DNA of 64,000 nt from Candidatus Multivoradales bacterium (GCA_965223325.1 CBDCWI010000002.1:3200001-3264000), one strand, 5' to 3'. Shown: positions 20,886 through 31,358, counted from the stretch's first letter. Notes: generated by a model not told the origin, from the sequence alone. A program made the numbers and translations.

Positions 20886-21791
20886 ATGTTCGAAGAGCAC
20901 CACATCCAGCGTTATCACGCCGAACGCCCGCGGAGTCGGGCCGTTCTGGCGGTCTTCTTGGCCTTCCTGGCCACCGCCGGGCTCGCTTGTTCCAAGTCGG
21001 AGGCAGCGGCAGGCTCCAACCAGCAGCAGGCGTCGAACCTCGACGAGATCGACCTGCTCGGTTTTGAGCTCACCAACCAGTACAAACTGATCGTCGGCCA
21101 CGACGAAGATCCCAACGCCGAGATCTGGCAACTGCGCAATCCCGCCTCGATTCTCGTCGTGTCCGAGAAGCTACCGACGTCAGTGTTGCTGAGAGTCGAA
21201 AGCCGGCGAGTGTCGACGGTCGCCAAGGACGGGCTCGCACCGGGAGACGGCGTGATGTCGGTGCCCGCGGCCGCTATCGGTGAGACCATCACGCGCTTCG
21301 TTCCCAGCCAGGGAGAGGTGGCGTTCTCATGGCGCGGCACCATGACTCGGCTAGTGCTCGACGTTCCCGAACCGTTGGTGGGCGAGAAAACGCGCGCAGA
21401 ACTCTTCGAACACAGCCCGGACTACCAGACGAAGGCGAAGGCCTACCGCAGCGAAGCGGCGCTCCTCCAACGCTTCCAGGACGCCCCCGGGAAGAAGCGT
21501 GTGCTGGCGGTCTTCGCAACCTGGTGCGGGGTCTGTAAGACCTTCCTTCCCAACCTCATCCGCGTCTCCCAGGATCTCGATGGTTCAGGGATCGACTTCG
21601 ACTGGCTGGGGATCCCCGACTGGAACTACCCGAAGGTCAAGGAACTGAACGTCAATTCGCTGCCCACCGCCATCGTCTACGTCGACGGCAAAGAAGTAGG
21701 CCGCTTCTCAGGTGGCAAGGCCTTTGATCGCATTGAGCGTTCGTTGGTCGATGCGCTGTCGGGCGGTGGCGCGCCGAGCGGCGGTCAGTGA
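20886..21791 (+). CDS. Lipoprotein with C-terminal thioredoxin domain
   Basis: Lipobox GLAC, WCGVC active site, cis-Pro SLPT, DGKEVGRF. Confidence 0.85.
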   Translation: MFEEHHIQRYHAERPRSRAVLAVFLAFLATAGLACSKSEAAAGSNQQQASNLDEIDLLGFELTNQYKLIVGHDEDPNAEIWQLRNPASILVVSEKLPTSVLLRVESRRVSTVAKDGLAPGDGVMSVPAAAIGETITRFVPSQGEVAFSWRGTMTRLVLDVPEPLVGEKTRAELFEHSPDYQTKAKAYRSEAALLQRFQDAPGKKRVLAVFATWCGVCKTFLPNLIRVSQDLDGSGIDFDWLGIPDWNYPKVKELNVNSLPTAIVYVDGKEVGRFSGGKAFDRIERSLVDALSGGGAPSGGQ

Positions 21792-22369
21792 CCCGGTCGA
21801 GCCACCCGCCCCGTCTGCACGCCACCACCATCCTGCTGGTACGTCAGGGTGGAACGACCTGCATGATCAGTGACGGGCAGGTCACCAATGGGGCGAGCCA
21901 CACGGTCGTCAAGTCGACTGCTAGCAAGGTCAAGCGCGCCGGCAAAGACGGCTCGGTGCTGGTCGGCTTCGCCGGTGGTGGCGCCGACGCCCTGACCCTC
22001 TTCACTCGTTTCGAGTCAAAACTCGAGGAGTTCCAGGGCAACTTCGACCGTGCGGTCATCGAACTGGCCATGGACTGGCGCACCGATCGGGTGCTGCGTC
22101 ATCTCGAAGCCCAGATGATTGTCGCCAATGGCCAGAAGGCGTTCCTGGTCATGGGCAACGGCGACCTGCTCGAGCCAGACGACGGCATCGTGGCGATCGG
22201 CTCGGGAGGCAATTTCGCGCTCGCGGCCGCACGGGCTCTGCGCACTCACACCGAGCTCGACGCCCTTGCCCTGGCGAGGGCGGCGATGGGCATCGCTGCG
22301 GAGCTGTGCGTCTACACCAACGACCAGTTCACTGTCGAATCTGTGGTCGCGAGCGAGCCTTCGCCTTGA
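21788..22369 (+). CDS. hslV: ATP-dependent protease subunit HslV
   Basis: HATTIL, DGQVT, GFAG, WRTDR, AIGSGG, CVYTN motifs. Confidence 0.97.
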   Translation: MTRSSHPPRLHATTILLVRQGGTTCMISDGQVTNGASHTVVKSTASKVKRAGKDGSVLVGFAGGGADALTLFTRFESKLEEFQGNFDRAVIELAMDWRTDRVLRHLEAQMIVANGQKAFLVMGNGDLLEPDDGIVAIGSGGNFALAAARALRTHTELDALALARAAMGIAAELCVYTNDQFTVESVVASEPSP

Positions 22370-23730
22370 GCCAGATTCCCCTCGAAAGCCTGACACCGCG
22401 GGGAACCGTCGCGCAATTGGATCTGCACGTCGTCGGGCAACACCGGGCCAAGCGTGCAGTCGCCATCGCGCTGCGGAATCGCTGGAGGCGGCAGCAACTA
22501 CCTCCCGAAGTCGCCGACGACATCACTCCCAAGAACATTTTGATGATCGGGCCCACCGGCGTCGGCAAGACCGAAATCGCGCGCCGGCTGGCGAAGCTAG
22601 CCCGCGCCCCACTGATCAAGATCGAAGCCAGCAAGTTCACCGAGGTGGGCTACGTTGGCCGCGATGTGGAGTCGATCATTCGCGACCTGGTCGACATGGC
22701 GATTTCGATGGTGCGCGAGGAGAAGAAGGAAGCTGTGCGTGCCGAAGCACAGAAGCGCACCGAGGAGGCCCTGCTCGACCTCCTCCTGCCCGGCAGCGCG
22801 GCTGGCTTCTCGACCGCCGGCGGCGAGGTCGAACCCGACTCACAGCACTATACGCGCGAGAAGCTGCGGCAGAAGCTCGCGGAAGGGGCTCTCGACACGC
22901 GTGAAGTCGAGATCGAAATCGAGGACGACGGAATGCCCCAGATCGAAATGCTCGGCGGCCAGGGTGCCGAAACCATCGGCTTCAACATCAAGGACATGAT
23001 GCCCGGGCTGTTCTCGCGCAAGCAGAAGCGCACCGTGCCGGTCGCTGAGGCACGGCGGCTGCTCGAGCAGCAGGAGGCCGAACGCCTGGTCGATCGCCAG
23101 AGCACCAACGACGAAGCGCGCCGAAGGGTCGAAGAGAGTGGCATCGTATTCCTAGACGAGATCGACAAGATTTGCGGTCGCCAGGGCGGCAAGGGAGGGG
23201 GCGGACCCGACGTCTCCCGTGAGGGTGTACAGCGCGACCTCTTGCCAATCGTTGAAGGCACCACGGTTTCGACGCGCTACGGCCTGGTCAAGACCGACCA
23301 CATTCTCTTCATCGGTGCCGGCGCCTTCCACGTCGCCAAGCCGTCAGACATGATCCCCGAGCTCCAGGGCCGTTTCCCCATCCGGGTCGAGCTCGACGCG
23401 CTCACCGAAGACGACTTCGTAGCCATTCTCACCGAGCCCAAGAGTGCGCTCACTCGCCAGTACCGCGATCTGCTCGCTACCGAAGACGTCAGCATCGAGT
23501 TCACACCGGAAGCCATCCGCGAGATTGCTCGCATGGCGGCCCTGGTCAACACGCAGACGGAAAACATCGGTGCGCGCCGGCTCGCCACCCTGGTCGAGCG
23601 CATTCTCGAGGAGGTTTCGTTCGAAGCACCCGATATGGCGGGTGTTACTCTGACGATCGATGTTCCCTATGTTCGGGAGGCCCTCGCTGGCCTGGTCGAG
23701 GACAAAGACTTGAGCCGATATGTCTTGTGA
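22366..23730 (+). CDS. hslU: ATP-dependent protease ATPase HslU
   Basis: GPTGVGKTE, EVGYVG, FLDEIDK, ELQGRFP motifs. TTG start overlaps the hslV stop. Confidence 0.97.
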   Translation: MSQIPLESLTPRGTVAQLDLHVVGQHRAKRAVAIALRNRWRRQQLPPEVADDITPKNILMIGPTGVGKTEIARRLAKLARAPLIKIEASKFTEVGYVGRDVESIIRDLVDMAISMVREEKKEAVRAEAQKRTEEALLDLLLPGSAAGFSTAGGEVEPDSQHYTREKLRQKLAEGALDTREVEIEIEDDGMPQIEMLGGQGAETIGFNIKDMMPGLFSRKQKRTVPVAEARRLLEQQEAERLVDRQSTNDEARRRVEESGIVFLDEIDKICGRQGGKGGGGPDVSREGVQRDLLPIVEGTTVSTRYGLVKTDHILFIGAGAFHVAKPSDMIPELQGRFPIRVELDALTEDDFVAILTEPKSALTRQYRDLLATEDVSIEFTPEAIREIARMAALVNTQTENIGARRLATLVERILEEVSFEAPDMAGVTLTIDVPYVREALAGLVEDKDLSRYVL

Positions 23731-24817
23731 GCCCCCACTTTCGAGCCGCGCCAGCGCGTGCCGAACCAGCACGGCTCCCCTCTGGTTCGTAGCGCTCCTC
23801 CTGGCTCTGGTGAGTTTTGGCTGTGGCAAGAAGGGCGACCCGCTACCCCCGCTGCGCAGCACGCCCGCCCCGACCACCGACCTGTCGGTACATCAGCAGG
23901 GAAGCACCCTGATCTTCCGCCTCGGCTATCCCCAGACGACCGCCAGCGGACAGACCTTGAGCGGCCTACGCTCGCTACAGGTCTGGGAAATGGTGGCGCC
24001 GGTTGCCGATCCTGGCCGTCTACCCGAAGTCGATGCACGCCAGTTCGCCGGCGCTGCCGAGCCCATTCTGAGCATCGAAGGTGCGGAGCTCGACAGCTCG
24101 GTCGTTGGCAACCGAATGGAGACCCGCTTCCCGATCACCAGCGTGCCAGAGACGCCCGAATTGCACGTCTTTGCAATCCGCACCTTTTCACTCGACGACG
24201 AGGAGTCCGACTTCTCCAATCTGGTTCGCCTGGTGCTCCGGCCGGCGACCGAACCGCCGCAGGCCTTCAGCGTTCGTCCACTTGCCGACGGTGTGGAACT
24301 GACCTGGCAGACCCAAGCCGATGCTCACGGCTTTCACGTCTACCGTCGCCTGGCGACCGAGCGTAACTTCGGCCCGCCGATCGCGGTCGTCCTTAACGAC
24401 CTGCGGCACTTCGTCGACGAGGGAGCTCGTTACGACCAGCGCTACATCTACACCCTGCGGGCGATTGTGCAGCCAAAGCCCCTGGTCGAGACGGCGGCTT
24501 CGGCGGAAGTCGAGATCGACTACCGGGATCGTTTCGCTCCCGCTGCCCCGACCGAGCTGGTGGCCCTGGCGGAAACTGGCAGGGTGCGCCTGGTCTGGCG
24601 CGAAAGCACGTCGATCGATACCACGGGCTACATCGTCTACCGTCGCAACCCGGGTGAGAGCAACTTCCGCCGCCTGGACGACGACCCGGTCACCGAAACC
24701 GTCTACATCGATGACGGCCTCACCGCGGGGCGCAGCTTCGACTATCGCGTGACCGCGGTTGACGCTGCCGGCAACGAGGGCGAGCCGTCGGCCGTCGCGA
24801 CCGCCGTCCCAGACTAA
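23720..24817 (+). CDS. Fibronectin type III domain lipoprotein
   Basis: Lipobox followed by CGKKGDPLPP; FN3 patterns (VELTW..GFHVYR, YRVTAVDAAGNE). Confidence 0.85.
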   Translation: MSCEPPLSSRASACRTSTAPLWFVALLLALVSFGCGKKGDPLPPLRSTPAPTTDLSVHQQGSTLIFRLGYPQTTASGQTLSGLRSLQVWEMVAPVADPGRLPEVDARQFAGAAEPILSIEGAELDSSVVGNRMETRFPITSVPETPELHVFAIRTFSLDDEESDFSNLVRLVLRPATEPPQAFSVRPLADGVELTWQTQADAHGFHVYRRLATERNFGPPIAVVLNDLRHFVDEGARYDQRYIYTLRAIVQPKPLVETAASAEVEIDYRDRFAPAAPTELVALAETGRVRLVWRESTSIDTTGYIVYRRNPGESNFRRLDDDPVTETVYIDDGLTAGRSFDYRVTAVDAAGNEGEPSAVATAVPD

Positions 24818-24843
24818 AGCCCTTGGACTAGACTCCCGGTCCC

Positions 24844-26088
24844 ATGGCCGACTCACCTAGCACACCCGCGCCGAGAGAGTTCGCGCCGGTCGAAGAGCAG
24901 ATGGCGCGACTCGAGCGTGGTGCCGTCGACCTCGTCGACCGGGCGACGCTGACGAAGCGACTCGAAGTCTCGCGCTGTTCCGGCAGACCGCTCCTGATCA
25001 AGACCGGGTTCGACCCGACCTCACCTGATCTTCATCTCGGGCATACAGTCCTGCTTCGAAAGATGCGGCACTTCCAGGACTGCGGCCATAAAGTCGTCTT
25101 TCTGGTCGGCGACTTCACCGCCATGATCGGCGACCCGACCGGGAAAAAGACCACCCGACCGCAGCTCTCGCAAGAAGAGGTACGAGAGAACGCGCTCACC
25201 TACCAGGAACAGGCCTGGAAGGTGCTCGATCGCGAGCAGACCATCATCATGTTCAACTCCGAGTGGCTTTCGCCGCTGGGGTCTGAAGGTCTGATCCGGC
25301 TCGCCGGTTCCTACACCCTGGCGCGCATGATGGAACGCGACGACTTTCGAACGCGCTACGAAGAGCATCAACCGATCAGCATTCACGAGCTGCTCTACCC
25401 ACTGGTTCAGGGCTACGACTCGGTCGCCATGGAAGCCGATGTCGAGCTCGGAGGCCACGACCAGATCTTCAACCTGCTGGTCGGCCGTGACTTGATGCGT
25501 GAGCGCCAACTCGCTCCGCAGGTGGTGCTGACGGTGCCGCTGCTGGTCGGTACCGATGGCACCGACAAGATGTCCAAGAGCCTGGGGAACGCGATCGGCG
25601 TTCTCGATAGCCCTAGGGAGATGTACGGCCGCACGATGTCGATTCCCGACACGCTGATGTGGGACTGGTACCTGCTCTTGACCGACACCGAAGAGAGTGC
25701 GATTCAGGCAATGCGCCAAGCGGTCGACGAGGGCAAACAACACCCCAAAGAAGTCAAGCAGCGCTTGGCCCGTTCGATCGTCGAAGATTTTCACGATCAG
25801 GGTGCTGCCCTCGGCGCCGAGCGGGAATTCGAGTCGGTCTTCGCCGGCGGCGGCGTACCAGAGGACACGGAGACCCGGAAGGTGGAGGAGCTACCGGTCC
25901 TGCAGGCCTTTCTCGCTGAGGCCGGCATGGCCAAGAGCAAGGGTGAGGCCCGGCGCCTGATTCAGCAGGGCGCGGTGTCGCTAGACGGCGACAAGATCAC
26001 CGACCCGTTCGCGGCGGTCCCGGCGCGTCTCGAGCCCTACCTCTTGAAGGTGGGCAAGCGGCGTTTTCTCTACGTCCAGGTCGGCTGA
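24844..26088 (+). CDS. tyrS: Tyrosine--tRNA ligase
   Basis: GFDPT..HLGH, YPLVQGYD, KMSKS motifs and C-terminal S4 domain. Confidence 0.98.
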   Translation: MADSPSTPAPREFAPVEEQMARLERGAVDLVDRATLTKRLEVSRCSGRPLLIKTGFDPTSPDLHLGHTVLLRKMRHFQDCGHKVVFLVGDFTAMIGDPTGKKTTRPQLSQEEVRENALTYQEQAWKVLDREQTIIMFNSEWLSPLGSEGLIRLAGSYTLARMMERDDFRTRYEEHQPISIHELLYPLVQGYDSVAMEADVELGGHDQIFNLLVGRDLMRERQLAPQVVLTVPLLVGTDGTDKMSKSLGNAIGVLDSPREMYGRTMSIPDTLMWDWYLLLTDTEESAIQAMRQAVDEGKQHPKEVKQRLARSIVEDFHDQGAALGAEREFESVFAGGGVPEDTETRKVEELPVLQAFLAEAGMAKSKGEARRLIQQGAVSLDGDKITDPFAAVPARLEPYLLKVGKRRFLYVQVG

Positions 26089-26187
26089 CGTTCGCCACCT
26101 CGAAGAGAGAGGTGGCCCTTGGCGCCGGATTTGGGCAGAATCGGGGTCACCCCACCGCGGGTTTCCCCAGGACCCGCACTCCCCGTC

Positions 26188-27195
26188 ATGCGCGCCCCTC
26201 TCGTACTCACCTTCGCCATCGCCTTCTTTGGCGTCCTCACCACCCCGCTTCTCGCCGCCGATGAGCTTCTGACCCTGCGCGCCGAAGCCGCGGGCTACCC
26301 GATCCAGATCGAGATCGCGCCCTTTGGAGAGCAGCGGCAGCATCGCGACGCCTTGACCGACGCGCTGCGCGAAATGAACCAGGTCGTCGCCCTCGCCGAT
26401 CCCGACGGTGAGACTCCCGGCGGCCTCGGCGAACTGAACCGTAGCGACGAGGTCGTCGAACTCGACGAGCGCCTGGCAGCGGCGCTGGGGCGCGCCCAGG
26501 TGTTCTGTGGCTGGACGAGGGGCACCCATGGACCCCTCGGAGGCGAGTTGTATCGACTGTGGGGAGTCGGCGGTCAGGCCGAAGCGCTACCCACTCCCGC
26601 CGATCTCGCGGAGCTCGTTTCTGACGCACCCTGCGCTGGACTCGAGCTACCCGGCGACGCCAACATCGCCAGGCGCAGCAGAGGTCGCGTTCTTATGCAT
26701 GGCTTCCTGCGTGGGTGGGCTGTCGACCGGGCGATCGATGTCTTGCGCGCGAGCGGAGCTCCCGGTGCCCGGGTGGCGATGGGTCGCGTCATGCGGGCCT
26801 ATGGCGACAGCCGCGAGGGCGGGGGATGGGCGATCACCCTCACCGCCGATGACGAGGGCTTCATCCAGGAGCGGGTCGTCCTGCGTAACATGGCGGCCGC
26901 CGCCGCCAGCATGGCGCAGCCGCGCATTTCGATTGCCGGTGAGCACTTCGCGCCGTACCTCAATCAACGGACCGGGCGGCCGACTGCGGATGGGAAACTC
27001 GCCGTGATGACCGCCACCGAACTGGCCTTCGATGCCGAGGGCCTCGCCGTCACCCTCTGGTTGTGGAGCCAACGCGAGGGTACCTACCGTCTCGGCGAAC
27101 TCCAGCCGGAGCCGGCGGTGCTCTGGCTCAGCGGCACCGGCGAAGGCGACCCGCTCCTGTTCCAGCGCGGCTGGGCTCGCCTCCCCAAATGGTAG
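26188..27195 (+). CDS. ApbE-like (FAD:protein FMN transferase) protein, divergent
   Basis: Signal peptide; ELNR, GPL..LW, GWAVD and RTGRP layout of ApbE, but with altered signature residues. Confidence 0.75.
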   Translation: MRAPLVLTFAIAFFGVLTTPLLAADELLTLRAEAAGYPIQIEIAPFGEQRQHRDALTDALREMNQVVALADPDGETPGGLGELNRSDEVVELDERLAAALGRAQVFCGWTRGTHGPLGGELYRLWGVGGQAEALPTPADLAELVSDAPCAGLELPGDANIARRSRGRVLMHGFLRGWAVDRAIDVLRASGAPGARVAMGRVMRAYGDSREGGGWAITLTADDEGFIQERVVLRNMAAAAASMAQPRISIAGEHFAPYLNQRTGRPTADGKLAVMTATELAFDAEGLAVTLWLWSQREGTYRLGELQPEPAVLWLSGTGEGDPLLFQRGWARLPKW

Positions 27196-27265
27196 GAGGT
27201 GTCGAGTCGAGGACACCTCGTTCGTCGACTGGATGACACCAACTCAGAACCCCGAGGTCCTCCAC

Positions 27266-27796
27266 ATGCCACACGCCCAAATCGTCGGTCTTGTTCTCGC
27301 CTGCATCTTCATCTCGGCGCCGGTCGTAGCCGGCGAAGAAACCGCCGCACCGAGCGACACCGCTCACAACGTCGCTCTCGTCCACCAACATCTTGACTGG
27401 CTGGTTGGATACTGGGTCGGCGAAGGCCTGGGCGGCGTTGCCGAGGAGGCCTGGCTGCCACCCCGGAGCGGTCAGATGGTGGGAACCTTCCGCTTGACCG
27501 TCGACGGCGCCCTGCAGTTCTACGAGACCCTCGTCATCGGCGCGTTCGAGGACGGCGTCGAACTGCGGCTCAAGCACTTCGACAAGGAGCTGCACAGCTG
27601 GGAAGAGAAGAACGATGTCACCTCGTTTCCCTTCGAGTCATCCGAGCCCGGGCACGCACGCTTCCGTGGCCTCGAGTTCATCCGCGAAGGCGACAACGCC
27701 CTGCGTATCGAGCTCAAACTGCGGCGCGGCGAAAAGGTGACCACCGAGATCTTCCACTTCGAGCGTCAGGAGCTGGCGACCGACCCAGGGCCCTGA
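27266..27796 (+). CDS. Secreted beta-rich protein (DUF6265-like)
   Basis: LDWLVGYWVG, EEAW..P, LRLKHF, WEEK patterns; GAGGT SD. Confidence 0.75.
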   Translation: MPHAQIVGLVLACIFISAPVVAGEETAAPSDTAHNVALVHQHLDWLVGYWVGEGLGGVAEEAWLPPRSGQMVGTFRLTVDGALQFYETLVIGAFEDGVELRLKHFDKELHSWEEKNDVTSFPFESSEPGHARFRGLEFIREGDNALRIELKLRRGEKVTTEIFHFERQELATDPGP

Positions 27797-27820
27797 ACGA
27801 TCGCGAACCGGAACCGCAGG

Positions 27821-29419
27821 TCAGTCGCGCAACATCGGGTTGACCACCAGCCAGGTGATCGGAACCGCAGTGACCGCAAGCAGGAGAAGGCCCGGCAGCG
27901 CCGCCCGCGAATAGATGCCCTCGGAGGCCGCCGACCAGGTCAGGGTCGCCAGGCTCTCGAAGCCGATCGGCGCGAGGATCAAGGTGGCCGGCAGCTCCTT
28001 CATCGCGGTCAAGAAGACCAGGCCCGCACCGGCCAGCAGCCCGCGCCTGACCAGCGGAAGGGTCACCGTCGTCATCACCGCGCGCGGCGTCTTGCCGAGC
28101 GAGTGCGCAACCTCTTCGAGCCGCGGTGAGAAGGAAAGAAACGACGCGCGCTGCGCGCGAAGCGCCTCGGGCAGGAACCGAACGACGTAGGCAAACACCA
28201 GAAGTGCCGAGGTCTGGTAGAGCCAGGGCAAGGCCCTGGTGGCAAAGAACACCAACGCCAGAGCAACGACGATTCCCGGCAGCGCGTGCCCACTGAGGCA
28301 GATCCGTTCGACCACGCGGGGTAAAGCGCCACGCCCCCGCACTGCCCACCACACGACCGGTACGGCCAGAATCGTTGCAAGTAGAGCAGCACCCAGCGAG
28401 ACACCGAACGAAGAAGCCGCCGCCTCCAGCGATCGAGCGAGGAGCGGAGCGCTCGAGTCGGCACCCGATCGGGCGAGCCCGCTCCAGCCCCAGGCGACGA
28501 GAACAGCGATCGGCAGGCCGACGGTCATCGTGCCCACCAGGCCGACGAAAGCGACGGCAGGCGCCTTCCAGCGCCCGAGAGCGAAGCGTCGCCGATCGCG
28601 GCGCACCCGGTTGCCAACCAGGCTTCGGGTCGTGCCGAGGAGGCGCCCCTCGAGCGCCACCACCAACAGGGTGACCGAGACTAGAAGCAAAGCCAGAACG
28701 GCCGCCGTGGTGCGATCGAAAAGCCCGCGATAGGCGTTGTAGATCGACAAGGTAAACGTGTCGTAGCGCACCAGGGAGACGGCGCCGAAATCGGAAGCCG
28801 CATACAACGCGATCAACAGGGACCCGCCGAGAACTGCCGGCCGTATCTGAGGCAAGACGATGCGCCTGAAGCTGTCCCAGCTGCTCGAACCGAGACTGCG
28901 AGACGTCTCGAGAAGCGCCGGATCGAGCTCGCGCAGGCGAGCGATCAGAAGCAGATAGAGGTAGGGGTAGACGAACGGAGCGAGCGCCAGGAGCGCTCCG
29001 CTGTAGCCGTAGGCGACCTCAGGCAGTCGGTCGACCCCGAAGGTCTCGAGCAAGCCTTGCAAGGAACCGCGTGGACCGGCCACCGAAACCAGCACCAGCG
29101 CCGCCAGATAAGACGGAAAGACCAGAGGCAAAGCGCCGACCATCCCCCAGAAGCGGCGTGCGGGTAGGTCGGTCCAGGTCACCAGCCAGGCGAAGGGGAC
29201 CGCAATCAAGATCGAAGCCGCGACGGTGCCGGCAGCAAGAGCCGTGGTGCGCCCGAGAAGCCGCAAAGTGCTTGGGGCACCGGCGATCGCAGTGACCCCG
29301 TCGAGGCCGTGGCCAAACGCCCGCACGGCCAGGTAGACCAGCGGCACGTTGACCAGAACCGCCACCAGAACGGCAGCAAAACGCCACCATGGCCCCGGTC
29401 CGAGCCGCGCACCAGCCAT
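27821..29419 (-). CDS. Fe3+-type ABC transporter permease (FbpB-like)
   Basis: Two permease halves with EAA-like loops, TDLPARR, PSYL, SDFGAV, MKELPATL. Confidence 0.92.
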   Translation of the reverse strand: MAGARLGPGPWWRFAAVLVAVLVNVPLVYLAVRAFGHGLDGVTAIAGAPSTLRLLGRTTALAAGTVAASILIAVPFAWLVTWTDLPARRFWGMVGALPLVFPSYLAALVLVSVAGPRGSLQGLLETFGVDRLPEVAYGYSGALLALAPFVYPYLYLLLIARLRELDPALLETSRSLGSSSWDSFRRIVLPQIRPAVLGGSLLIALYAASDFGAVSLVRYDTFTLSIYNAYRGLFDRTTAAVLALLLVSVTLLVVALEGRLLGTTRSLVGNRVRRDRRRFALGRWKAPAVAFVGLVGTMTVGLPIAVLVAWGWSGLARSGADSSAPLLARSLEAAASSFGVSLGAALLATILAVPVVWWAVRGRGALPRVVERICLSGHALPGIVVALALVFFATRALPWLYQTSALLVFAYVVRFLPEALRAQRASFLSFSPRLEEVAHSLGKTPRAVMTTVTLPLVRRGLLAGAGLVFLTAMKELPATLILAPIGFESLATLTWSAASEGIYSRAALPGLLLLAVTAVPITWLVVNPMLRD

Positions 29420-29591
29420 GTTCAGCGGCAGCGCACGAGAAGACGGCGGAACGCTCTTGGAACAAAGGTTTGCGGGTCGCCGTTATATTTGCTGTCGGCG
29501 CTGTTTGCCAGCAGCGCACAGCCTAGGAGCCCATTCTCTACTTGTCGCATCATTGACCGAGCCCTACGAAAGCTGCCCCAGCGGCCCGCCG

Positions 29592-29909
29592 GTGTCGGCA
29601 CCATCCGACCCTGAAACGCTCGTGGAGCAGAGTACAGCGCAGCTGCAGGCTGAGCTACCTCCCCTGCCCGCCGGGACCCGGGTCGTGCTCCTGGTGCTGG
29701 GGCTGATCCTCCTCGCCCTGGGGCTGATCGGGCTTGCCCTGCCGGTGATCCCACAGACCATTCCGCTCCTCGCTGGAGTCGCGCTGCTGAGTCTCGCCAG
29801 CCGCACGGTTCACAACCTGGTCGTGCGTGCTCTCGGCCGTTGGCCGCGCGCGCTGGCCGCGCTGGTTCGATTCAGGCATCGGCTGCACGCCCTCTTCCAT
29901 AGAGGGTAA
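29592..29909 (+). CDS. Small membrane protein (PGPGW/DUF454-like)
   Basis: Hydrophobic hairpin LGLILLALGLIGLALPVIPQ. Start uncertain (GTG 29592). Confidence 0.6.
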   Translation: MSAPSDPETLVEQSTAQLQAELPPLPAGTRVVLLVLGLILLALGLIGLALPVIPQTIPLLAGVALLSLASRTVHNLVVRALGRWPRALAALVRFRHRLHALFHRG

Positions 29910-29928
29910 CGGCTACCCCGCCTGCTTT

Positions 29929-31191
29929 CTACTTTGCCCCGTACTGACGCTCGGATGGGCCGACATAGACCTGGCGCGGCCGGTTGATGCGCGACTTCGG
30001 GTCTTCGCGCATCTCTTTCCACTGCGCCAGCCAACCCGGCAAGCGACCGAGGGCGAACATCACGGTGAACATGTTGGTGGGAATACCCATCGCGCGGTAG
30101 AGGATGCCGCTGTAGAAGTCGACATTCGGATACAGCTTGCGCTTGACGAAGTACTCGTCTTCGAGTGCCACCTTCTCGAGGTTCTTCGCTAGATCGAGCA
30201 GCGGATCGTCAACGCCCAGGTCTTCGAGCACTTCGTCAGCCGCGCCCTTGAGGATTCTCGAGCGAGGATCGAAATTCTTGTAGACCCGGTGTCCAAAACC
30301 CATCAGGCGGAACTCGTCGTTCTTGTCCTTCGCCCGATCGACGAACTTCTGGTAATCGCCGCCGCTGGCTTCGATCATCTTGAGCTGTTCAATCACACTC
30401 TGGTTGGCTCCGCCGTGAAGCGGTCCCGAGAGAGCGCTGATGGCAGCGGAGATGGTCTGGAAGAGGCTGGCTTGCGAACTACCGACCATGCGCGCTGCCG
30501 AAGTCGAACAGTTCTGCTCATGATCAGCGTGCAGGATCAACAGCATGTTGAGGGCTCTGGTCACCACCGGATTGATCTCGTAAGGCTCGGCCGGCACCGC
30601 GAACATCATGTTGAGGAAGTTCTCGGAGTAGTCGAGATCGTTTCGGGGGTAGATGAACGGCTGCCCGATGGACTTCTTGTACGAGATGGCCGCAATGGTC
30701 GGCAGCTTGGCAATCAGGCGCACCATGTTGAGGTCGGAAATGGCACGACTGTCGGGGTAGTAGGTGCCCAGCGACGAGATCATCGATGACAGCACCGGCA
30801 TGGGGTGCGCGTCGGGTGCGTAACCCTCGAAGAATTTCTTCATGTCTTCGTGCAGCATGGTGTGACGGCGCACGCTGCGGCGGAAGCCCTCGTTCTCGGC
30901 TTCGGTGGGCAACTCCCCATAGATCAAGAGGTAGGCGACCTCGAGGAACGTCGAGTTCTCGGCAAGCTGCTCGATCGGGTAGCCGCGGTAGCGCAGAATC
31001 CCCTTCTCGCCATCGATGAAGGTGATCGAGCTCTGGCAGGACCCGGTGTTGGCGAAGCCATTGTCGAGCGTGATGAACCCGGTCTCGCCGCGCAGGCGAC
31101 CGATGTCGATCGCCCGCTCTCCCTCGGAACCTTCGACAATCGGAAGCTCGATTTCTCCCCCATCCCAAACCAGTTTCGCCGTACTGCCCAT
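29929..31191 (-). CDS. gltA: Citrate synthase (type II)
   Basis: ITFIDG..G.LRYRGYPI, HADHEQNCST, GPLHGGAN, MGFGHRVYK, YPNVDFYSG motifs. Confidence 0.98.
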   Translation of the reverse strand: MGSTAKLVWDGGEIELPIVEGSEGERAIDIGRLRGETGFITLDNGFANTGSCQSSITFIDGEKGILRYRGYPIEQLAENSTFLEVAYLLIYGELPTEAENEGFRRSVRRHTMLHEDMKKFFEGYAPDAHPMPVLSSMISSLGTYYPDSRAISDLNMVRLIAKLPTIAAISYKKSIGQPFIYPRNDLDYSENFLNMMFAVPAEPYEINPVVTRALNMLLILHADHEQNCSTSAARMVGSSQASLFQTISAAISALSGPLHGGANQSVIEQLKMIEASGGDYQKFVDRAKDKNDEFRLMGFGHRVYKNFDPRSRILKGAADEVLEDLGVDDPLLDLAKNLEKVALEDEYFVKRKLYPNVDFYSGILYRAMGIPTNMFTVMFALGRLPGWLAQWKEMREDPKSRINRPRQVYVGPSERQYGAK

Positions 31192-31358
31192 GGAACCCCC
31201 TAGAAGCTCAGTGTCCGCTTCGCAAACGAAGCGACGCGATGCGTCGTTGAATTGATCTTTGAAGTGTTGATCTTGAAAAGTGAATGCTGGTTGCGAAGGC
31301 CCGCCGTCCCCACTTCGGCCCATCTTTCCGCCTCAGTGCTCGATCCGACTCGGGAACC

